A DNA stretch of 32,000 bases from Candidatus Nitrosocosmicus franklandianus. Lineage in GTDB: Archaea > Thermoproteota > Nitrososphaeria > Nitrososphaerales > Nitrososphaeraceae. The notes beneath the pieces were generated by a model, which searched no databases, was not told where the DNA came from, and saw only the letters and a list, made by a program, of their open reading frames with translations. Position numbers and translations under genes: made by a program. Position 1 is the stretch's first letter; each line of letters opens with the position of its first letter. Below, one piece after another: positions 11,332 through 18,629 of this stretch. The stretch spans positions 1,561,854-1,593,853 of the forward strand of contig NZ_LR216287.1 in NCBI RefSeq assembly GCF_900696045.1, given 5' to 3'.

Positions 11332-11671
11332 TATGACTCGTTTACCAAAATCAATTAAAAGTCATTATTTTGATTCACTTGTCATAAATTTGGAAAATTT
11401 GAGAACGCTTTTACAACAGTATAAAATTGAGAATGATGAATCTGAGGAGGTATGTATATTGATTTCCAGGATTTATAATCATAAGGTAGATTATCTTTTG
11501 GCAAGTTGTGGTGATGACTGGAACAAATTAGAGCTTTTCTCATCTCCATTAATCATTTTTGTACAAAGTATTGGAGAATTACTTGGCCAAAACAATACTA
11601 ATATTTCATCAGAGTGTAAGCTTATTTTGTATTCATACACAAAAACTCTAGAAGCTTGGATGATTTGGTGA
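11315..11671 (+). CDS. hypothetical protein, overlapping the gatE 3' end by 17 nt
   Basis: 118-aa ORF on the same strand as gatDE, with an alternative ATG at 11333. I recognise no motif. Coding status rests on ORF length in an AT-rich genome and on operon position. Confidence 0.4.
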
Positions 11672-11711
11672 TTATTTTACTAGTTGTTTGTTTGATTAAA
11701 AAAAATAATAT

Positions 11712-12272
<561 letters not shown>

Positions 12273-12395
12273 TTATATATTATATAAACCATGTGTAAAT
12301 TTTTTTCAAAAATGATGATTCTATATATAAACTATGGTGAGTCAATCATTTGTTGTGCTATTCTTTTGTCCATTGTATCAACTTGCTGATAACTG

Positions 12396-13718
12396 TTAGA
12401 TATTTACTAACTGGATATATTGATACGCTGACGTTTTATCATCGAATGCGTAATGCACTTTTTGAAAGTCCTTTTTAAATTCTATTACTTTTGGCAAAAC
12501 CTTAGAGACATCTTGCTTATCGATAACAACTTTCTTGATAAATGTCGCTATTTCTTGCATTTCATTTTCTTTCATACCTAGTCGGGTTACTTCCGGGACA
12601 CCGATTCTAACTCCACTAGGATGAAGATAATTTCTACCTTCTTTTATATCCCCAGGAAGTAATTGTCTGTTTAAAATTATATTACATCTTTCCAGTTCTT
12701 TTTCGATGGTTCCACCGTCTCCATAATTTGAAACATCCACAGCTAACTGATGGGATTCAGTATAGCCTCTCTTTTCTCCTAAAACCTTAAATCCGTAATT
12801 TGCCAGGGAATAAGCAAGCATCTTAGCATTTTTGATTACTTGTTTAGCATAATCTTGACCAAATTCTAGAGATTCGGCTAGTGCTACAGCTTTGCCAGCT
12901 ACATGATGTAAATGATGACTACTTGTATTTCCTGGAAAAATAGCCTTTTTAATCGGTTCCGCGTATTTTTCCGCAGAAACTATTATTCCTCCTTGTGGCC
13001 CCCATAATGTTTTATGAGAGCTCATGGTCATCGAATCAGCACCCTCTCGTAAGGGATCTTGAAATTGACCACCTGCTATTAAGCCGGCAACATGTGCACC
13101 ATCATAATTTATATAAATATTTTTTTCATGAAGGAATTCTGCTAGTTCTTTTACGGGATGTGGAAACAAGAAGAGACTTCCACCGAACATGGCTATTTTC
13201 GGCGGCCTCCCGTCGTTGATCATGTTGTTTATTTTCTTCTTAGTTTCTTCTACATCTATAGTCATATTTTCTTTAGAGAATGGAAAATGCTCTATCATTA
13301 GACCATGCACAAGTCCTGCTGTGCCAGAGTGCTCTTTTTTACCGTGTGAAATATGACCGCCTGTGGGAATCGAAGAGGCTATCATAGTATCTCCTGGATT
13401 TGAAAAAGCTGAATAAATGGCCAAATTTGCTACAACACCTGAAGTAGCTCTGCAATCTGCAAATTCTGCTTTAAAAACCACCCTTGCTAGATCATTACAA
13501 ATATTTTCAACTTTATCTATATACGTACATCCAGCATAGACTCTCTCTCCAGGCCATCCTTCTGCATATCTATTTCCAAAATCCGATGCTACTGCTTCTC
13601 GGACGGCAGGACTTGGGATATTTTCACTTGCGATTAGTGGGATTGAATTATTAAACCAGTCGTGGTGTTCTCTAATTAACTTTAAGATATCTCTCTGTAT
13701 TTCTTTTCCATTCAACAC
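12396..13718 (-). CDS. glyA: serine hydroxymethyltransferase
   Basis: LIASEN..S.AV.EA, the PLP-lysine context SSHKTLWGPQGG, and 440 aa. GTG start. Confidence 0.93.
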   Translation of the reverse strand: MLNGKEIQRDILKLIREHHDWFNNSIPLIASENIPSPAVREAVASDFGNRYAEGWPGERVYAGCTYIDKVENICNDLARVVFKAEFADCRATSGVVANLAIYSAFSNPGDTMIASSIPTGGHISHGKKEHSGTAGLVHGLMIEHFPFSKENMTIDVEETKKKINNMINDGRPPKIAMFGGSLFLFPHPVKELAEFLHEKNIYINYDGAHVAGLIAGGQFQDPLREGADSMTMSSHKTLWGPQGGIIVSAEKYAEPIKKAIFPGNTSSHHLHHVAGKAVALAESLEFGQDYAKQVIKNAKMLAYSLANYGFKVLGEKRGYTESHQLAVDVSNYGDGGTIEKELERCNIILNRQLLPGDIKEGRNYLHPSGVRIGVPEVTRLGMKENEMQEIATFIKKVVIDKQDVSKVLPKVIEFKKDFQKVHYAFDDKTSAYQYIQLVNI

Positions 13719-13837
13719 CTTTTTTTGGAATTATTACTTATATAAAATATCGTAATCTTGACAAATAGTAATATTTTAGGTATAATTTTTTAGGTAATTA
13801 TAACAATAATTTTATACTACATGTATTTTATCTACTC

Positions 13838-14002
13838 ATGCAGAAGGTTAATCAGATGGAAGGATATTGTGTCAAGTGCAAAGCAAAAAGAGAAATGAAA
13901 GATGAAAAACAGGTAACAATGAAAAACGGGAGACCTGCAACGCAGGGTATATGTAGCGTATGCAATACGAAAATGTTCAAAATAGGAGGAAGTAAAAAAT
14001 AA
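13838..14002 (+). CDS. small zinc-ribbon protein (DUF5679-like); below the ORF-track length cut-off
   Basis: Hand translation gives MQKVNQ-MEGYCVKCKAKREMKDEKQVTMKNGRPATQGICSVCNTKMFKIGGSKK*. It has two CxxC pairs. The likelier start is the second ATG at 13856 (48 aa). Confidence 0.6.
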   Translation: MQKVNQMEGYCVKCKAKREMKDEKQVTMKNGRPATQGICSVCNTKMFKIGGSKK

Positions 14003-14191
14003 TAAAAAATAGCGAATCTAATGCCAGTTCCGATCGATTCAAAAAATCGACATTTTAATTATTATTTTGAATATTTTCTGTTAGTTTATCGTAATTAAAC
14101 TAATACGTTTTATTTTATTTTCCTTTATCGACCAAACAATACTTACATTCGCTAATTTAATATTTTTATATTTGATAATGTCTGTTTCTCT

Positions 14192-14228
14192 TACAGTAAT
14201 GATGATAACCTTCTAGCTCTGAACTGTA
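14192..14228 (+). ncRNA. candidate C/D-box-like k-turn RNA element (short, single-guide)
   Basis: UACAGU-AA-UGAUGA-UAACCUUCUAGCU-CUGA-ACUGUA. It has a C box (AUGAUGA), a D box (CUGA) and a perfect 6-bp terminal stem (plus one G-U pair) placed exactly as in canonical C/D k-turns. A TATA-like TTTTTATATTT lies at 14163-14173. Confidence 0.3.
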
Positions 14229-14274
14229 GTTGTTGCTATCTTTGTATATTAATTAGTGAGTCTTTATATTTTTT

Positions 14275-14796
14275 ATGAAGGATTTATCCGTATCAGGTTT
14301 TGATAGACCGGATTGGGACACTTATTTTATGATTCAGGCATTTTTAGCTAGACTTAGAGCAAACTGCCTAACTAGGCAAATAGGTGCAGTAATAGTTAAG
14401 AATAATAGACAAATATCAACCGGTTATAATGGCACTCCCTCCGGTTTCCCAAATTGCTACGAGGGTGGGTGCAAAAGATGTTCCGATCGAATTAACGGTA
14501 CCATAAAGTCAGGCGAAGACCTTGAGCGATGTATTTGCGTTCATGCGGAAGCTAATGCCATAATGCAGTGTGTCATGTTTGGAAACGCTGGCAGTACAAA
14601 AAATGCCACCTTGTACTCTACACTTTCGCCTTGTATAGAATGTAGCAAAATGGCAATTACAGTAGGAATCAATAGAGTTGTTATATTAACTAGGTATGCT
14701 GAAGATGGAACTCAAATATTAAGACAAGCTGGGGTAAAGATAAAGCAAATAGATTTATCTAAGTTGGAACCTTGGACCAATAAATTGTTTAGCTAA
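14275..14796 (+). CDS. dCMP deaminase (cytidine/deoxycytidylate deaminase family)
   Basis: Zinc motifs C.HAEANAI and PC.EC..MI. The extra Cys cluster CYEGGCKRC is typical of dCMP deaminases. Confidence 0.85.
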   Translation: MKDLSVSGFDRPDWDTYFMIQAFLARLRANCLTRQIGAVIVKNNRQISTGYNGTPSGFPNCYEGGCKRCSDRINGTIKSGEDLERCICVHAEANAIMQCVMFGNAGSTKNATLYSTLSPCIECSKMAITVGINRVVILTRYAEDGTQILRQAGVKIKQIDLSKLEPWTNKLFS

Positions 14797-14848
14797 TCAT
14801 AGCCTGATATATCAAATGGGATTTATAATACAACATAAAACATAAACT

Positions 14849-14863
14849 AAAAAAATAAAAAAA
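14849..14863 (-). terminator. oligo-T terminator of amoC copy 1 (T7-A-T7 on the transcribed strand)
   Basis: A7-T-A7 on the plus strand, starting 6 nt past the TAA stop. Archaeal termination typically uses oligo-T tracts. Confidence 0.5.
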
Positions 14864-14868
14864 TTATT

Positions 14869-15432
14869 TTATGGGATTGATCTGCTGTAGAGCTTTCCTT
14901 CTAATGCTAGTTTGTACATTTCTGCTACGTATGGATTTCTTGCAGGAGTTTCAGCTCCAAGCTCCACCAAACGTGCGTATACTCTGACCACATAGGCCAA
15001 AGCACCCATAAATGCTACTACTACACCCATGTTAAACATCCAGTGGTTTGGTACTGAGAATATCTCTTCAACGAACCAAAAGTGCCACATTTCGTTGATA
15101 CCTATGGTAAACATGGTTGCCAAGTAACCGATAATGGTGATCTTTAGACCGGTATTCATTGAGTTGTTTGGTCCTCGTAGTACTGGAACTCTTCTGTCAT
15201 ACATTGCAACAAATCCCCAGCCTAAGGGAAGTGCAATAAAGTGACTGTACAACCACCAGTGTGCTGGTGTAAATGCACTATCTCTGATTGCTGTTTGGTG
15301 AAGAGATCCATCAACAAAGTTGTCTACTTCGACTGATGCAGCAATAGATCCTAGCATAATGACCATCAAATAGATCTTTTTTAGTCTTTGAATTTCTACT
15401 TCTTTTGGAATTAGTGCTGGCATTTGTGCCAT
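14869..15432 (-). CDS. amoC: ammonia monooxygenase subunit C (archaeal type), orphan copy 1
   Basis: 187 aa. MAQMPALIPKEVEIQRLKK...VDNFVDGSLHQTAIRDSAFTPAHWWLYSHF...NEMWHFWFVEE matches archaeal AmoC as I know it. The protein is polytopic. No amoA, amoB or amoX is nearby. Confidence 0.95.
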   Translation of the reverse strand: MAQMPALIPKEVEIQRLKKIYLMVIMLGSIAASVEVDNFVDGSLHQTAIRDSAFTPAHWWLYSHFIALPLGWGFVAMYDRRVPVLRGPNNSMNTGLKITIIGYLATMFTIGINEMWHFWFVEEIFSVPNHWMFNMGVVVAFMGALAYVVRVYARLVELGAETPARNPYVAEMYKLALEGKLYSRSIP

Positions 15433-15462
15433 TTTATCTTCAACTTATCTTCATTATTCTAG

Positions 15463-15469
15463 TATATAA
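15463..15469 (-). promoter_or_regulatory. candidate TATA box of amoC copy 1
   Basis: TTATATA on the minus strand ends 30 nt upstream of the ATG. That spacing implies a very short leader. Confidence 0.4.
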
Positions 15470-15656
15470 GCTATTGATTGTAATAATTATAAATTACTAT
15501 AGATATATCTGCAAAAATAATGTAATATAGTAATAAAACTAAAGTAGATTTGATAATATTTGATACAAGAGAGAAGATGTGAAGTATAACGTTATTGATT
15601 AACTTGCCTGATAAAAAACTCCAAAAGATAATAATCAGTTATTCCAAACAAGATGC

Positions 15657-16352
15657 GTGAGGTCATTCATCTTTTTTGACTTGGGACAGACCTTAATTGA
15701 TGAATGGAGTTTTGTGGCCTATTTTGATGACCTATTGTTTAAGACTCTCAACGGTTATGGGGCAAGAATAGATCGTATAAACTATATTGCATTAAGAAAT
15801 AATTTAATTCAAGATAGAAAATTTGGAACCTTTGGATTTTTGGAGTTGGTCTCACTAATGTCCAAACTGACTCTTCCTAGGGGATATGAATCAACGATTA
15901 ATTGTATTTTGAAGGAAGATTTGTTGCATAAAAAGCGAGAACTAATCAAATTGTTCGATGAAGTTCCTAAGATTATTCCGTTTTTATCAAAAAAATATTC
16001 TTTAGGTATAATAAGTAATAATTCATCGGGCTCTGCAAATCTGCTAAAAAGATTTGGCTTAGATAAATATTTTGAAGTGGTATGTTTGTCCGAAAGCATT
16101 GGTTTCAGAAAGCCGGATCACAAAATATTTCGGGAGGCATTAGCATCTACAAATTCACCTATAGATAAATGTATAATGGTTGGAGATCGATTGGATATAG
16201 ATATAATGCCAGCTAATGAACTTGGGATGAAAACTATTCGTGCAATGAATTCTCTATACAAAATTCAGAGACCAAATAATGAGAAGGAAGTACCGTTATT
16301 TACAATAAATTCTTTAGCAGAATTACCTGAAATATTGTCTAATATTCCTTAG
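15657..16352 (+). CDS. HAD-IA family hydrolase with a variant motif I
   Basis: FFDLGQTLID (motif I with Gly at the Asp+2 position), GIISNNS, KPD..IF and MVGDRLDIDI. GTG start. Confidence 0.8.
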   Translation: MRSFIFFDLGQTLIDEWSFVAYFDDLLFKTLNGYGARIDRINYIALRNNLIQDRKFGTFGFLELVSLMSKLTLPRGYESTINCILKEDLLHKKRELIKLFDEVPKIIPFLSKKYSLGIISNNSSGSANLLKRFGLDKYFEVVCLSESIGFRKPDHKIFREALASTNSPIDKCIMVGDRLDIDIMPANELGMKTIRAMNSLYKIQRPNNEKEVPLFTINSLAELPEILSNIP

Positions 16353-16813
16353 ATCGACTGAGTGGACCCTACTTCTCTTGATATTTTTTTCCAATACTCG
16401 TCTATCTTATCTGTTTGGATATCCTTTTTATCAAATAACGAATGAATAGACCTATTTCTATTTGAATAAGAAGCAGGAATAATGTGAATATGGAAATGGG
16501 GAATCTCTTGCCCTGAATCTTTTCCGTTATGGATGCTTATTAGAGATGAACTACAGTCCATTGCTTTTTCAATTTTTTCGGTCAAAAAGTAGAGCGTATT
16601 AAAAATATCATTACTTGCTTCACTACTTAAATCTTGAATTTTAGGGCTGTGTGTTTTAGAAATTATAAGCGAATGACCCTCTTTTAGAGGAAATGCGTCC
16701 AAAATTGCAATTGAATGTTTTGTTTCATATATTTTTCTGGTCTTTATATTACCCCTTGTGATTTCACAAAATACACACCTGTTCGAATCCATCAAGTTTA
16801 TTTCTAGACACAT
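16349..16813 (-). CDS. HIT-family (histidine triad) nucleotide hydrolase/transferase
   Basis: CVFCEI, AILDAFPL.EGHSLII.K.H, and the histidine triad HFHIHIIP. The true start may be the downstream Met (MDSNRCVFC). Confidence 0.88.
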   Translation of the reverse strand: MCLEINLMDSNRCVFCEITRGNIKTRKIYETKHSIAILDAFPLKEGHSLIISKTHSPKIQDLSSEASNDIFNTLYFLTEKIEKAMDCSSSLISIHNGKDSGQEIPHFHIHIIPASYSNRNRSIHSLFDKKDIQTDKIDEYWKKISREVGSTQSI

Positions 16814-16883
16814 CTAATAAAAGATTACAATATACTCGTAAGTTAGCCAAGATTAATAAAATTGAAATAGAAAAAGAATTGAT

Positions 16884-17444
16884 ATGAATAAAGCATCTAT
16901 TCGTGAAAGACCTTTGGTTACAATAATGATGAACGAAAAGATCGCAAAAGGTTTAAGCGATCCTCATAGATTAAAAATTTTAGATCTACTTTATCATAGA
17001 AATCTATCGACTCGCAATTTGTTTGATTTGTTAAAAAAAGCCAAGTATGATATTGCAATGACTACATTGAGACATCATATATCTATATTGAAAAAAAATG
17101 GTTTGATAAGCATTCAGAGAAAGGAAGAGGTTAAAGGGATGTTGGTAAAATATTATAAGGCTAATGTAAAGATGTTAGTTTATGAAAATTATCCATTTGT
17201 AAAATTTGCTAGAGACAATGAGGAAATTATCAATTTATTATATCCAAAAATATATAAAGTTATTAAAAAAATTCTGATAAATGAAAAAGAATTGATGTCT
17301 ATTGTTTTATCGGACGTCAAATCAAAATGCAAAATATGTAAGACTTCTCATTATGCCGAATTTTTACTTTTTATGGTCTTAAATATGGTTATGACTAAAG
17401 TATTGCGAAAATTAATCAAGACTCTTATAACTACTACGTTGTAA
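16884..17444 (+). CDS. ArsR-type winged-HTH transcriptional regulator with a C-terminal CxxC and hydrophobic tail
   Basis: LSDPHRLKILDLL......T..L........T.RHHISILKKNGLI is a classical ArsR/SmtB HTH. The C-terminal half has no motif I recognise. Confidence 0.7.
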   Translation: MNKASIRERPLVTIMMNEKIAKGLSDPHRLKILDLLYHRNLSTRNLFDLLKKAKYDIAMTTLRHHISILKKNGLISIQRKEEVKGMLVKYYKANVKMLVYENYPFVKFARDNEEIINLLYPKIYKVIKKILINEKELMSIVLSDVKSKCKICKTSHYAEFLLFMVLNMVMTKVLRKLIKTLITTTL

Positions 17445-17574
17445 ATTTTTTTGTTTCGATTATTGCAATGTAATATGACGTACAATAAATAATATCTCAA
17501 AGATGGTTATCAAATACATAGTTTTTGAGATGATGGGCATATTTTAAAATGTTACATAATCTAATAACCCAATC

Positions 17575-18564
17575 ATGGCTGCATTTCTATTGCTCAACAA
17601 TGTAGATAAACAATTTCCAGTTCATAGAAATATATTCAATATTTTTTCAAAGTCGGATCGCTTTCGAAAGGTAATAAATAATATCTCATTGGAGCTAGGT
17701 CTGGGAGAAGTACTGGTTATTGCAGGTGAATCTGGATCTGGAAAAACAACTTTGGCCAAGCTTATAATGGGCTCTCTAACACCCGATAGAGGTACGATCT
17801 ATTTTGAAGGTCATGACATACAAGATTTGAAAAAGAAAAAAGATTTCTATTCTATGATACAAATGATCCACCAGGATCCATATAGTTCACTTAATCCATA
17901 TCTCAGAGTCAAAGATATAGTTATGGAACCACTCAAGATTCATGATAAAAGGCTAACTAAAGAAGAAAAGATGGAAAAAGTAATAATAGCCTTGCGTAGA
18001 ACTAAATTGGAACCAGTAGAAGAATTTTTGGATAAATATCCTACAATGCTTTCAGGGGGACAAAGACAACGGGTCTCTATAGCGCGCTCTATCGTAAAGA
18101 TCCCAAAGTTAATAATTGCCGACGAACCAGTTTCTATGCTGGATATTTCAGTTAGAGCCGAAATTCTATCATTACTAAATGATTTGAGAAAATCTCTGAA
18201 TATTTCTATTATTTATATAACTCATGATCTAGCTACTTCTAGATTTATAGGTGACAAGATCGGAATAATGTTTGCAGGTAATATCGTAGAATATGGGGAT
18301 ATTGATGAAGTGTTACATAATCCACTTCATCCATACACTTGGTTGTTACTTGACGCTGTTACTTTTACTTCTAACGAATCCAAATTTTACAAAACTTATT
18401 CTGGACCAAATATTTCTGCTTTGCCGTTAAAAGGCTGCAAATTTTATAATCGTTGCAAATTAGCTTTTGATGATTGTACCAATAATTTGCGACAGTTTAA
18501 TATTAATGATAGACACACTGTTTCATGTTTTTATTATAAGAATATAGCTACTAACTTAAGGTAA
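17575..18564 (+). CDS. ABC transporter ATP-binding protein, oligopeptide/dipeptide (OppF/DppF) type; no permease or binding protein in the window
   Basis: Walker A GESGSGKTT, signature LSGGQRQRV, Walker B IIADEPVSMLD, HPYT, and the C-terminal Cys motif GCKFYNRCKLAFDDC...C typical of OppD/F tails. Confidence 0.9.
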   Translation: MAAFLLLNNVDKQFPVHRNIFNIFSKSDRFRKVINNISLELGLGEVLVIAGESGSGKTTLAKLIMGSLTPDRGTIYFEGHDIQDLKKKKDFYSMIQMIHQDPYSSLNPYLRVKDIVMEPLKIHDKRLTKEEKMEKVIIALRRTKLEPVEEFLDKYPTMLSGGQRQRVSIARSIVKIPKLIIADEPVSMLDISVRAEILSLLNDLRKSLNISIIYITHDLATSRFIGDKIGIMFAGNIVEYGDIDEVLHNPLHPYTWLLLDAVTFTSNESKFYKTYSGPNISALPLKGCKFYNRCKLAFDDCTNNLRQFNINDRHTVSCFYYKNIATNLR

Positions 18565-18629
18565 ACTTTAGCATTATCCTGTATATTCAAATTTAAGTTC
18601 ATATGATCATATGTTTGTGATAGAGTAAA

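Larger units (their letters stand above)
14842..15615. repeat. 774-bp direct repeat, copy 1 (amoC cassette)
   Basis: Compared by hand with 28349-29122 at a constant offset of 13,507. I saw no mismatch across the CDS, the 183 nt upstream or the 27 nt downstream. Confidence 0.93.

Noticed and set aside
12313-12389. AAUGAUGA ... CUGA pair on the plus strand between the ferredoxin gene and glyA, considered as a C/D-box sRNA
   Set aside because: The boxes are 67 nt apart with no convincing C'/D' boxes and no complementary terminal stem. The D-like box lies within 10 nt of the glyA stop on the opposite strand.
15548-15565. Direct repeat ATTTGATA-AT-ATTTGATA, 116-133 nt upstream of the amoC ATG (also at 29055-29072)
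   Set aside because: An 8-mer repeat of A/T-rich sequence is expected by chance several times in this much AT-rich spacer. It could still be a regulator site, but the sequence alone does not support a claim.
14842-15615. Idea that the amoC repeat is an insertion sequence or other mobile element
   Set aside because: It has no transposase or integrase, no terminal inverted repeats and no target-site duplication at either copy. Its content is a normal cellular gene with promoter and terminator. Segmental duplication or gene conversion fits better.
18600-18613. Perfect 14-bp palindrome CATATGATCATATG between the convergent ABC ATPase gene and smc
   Set aside because: Seven-bp arms are expected by chance about once or more in 32 kb of AT-rich DNA. 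There is no loop and no adjacent T-tract to argue for a terminator.
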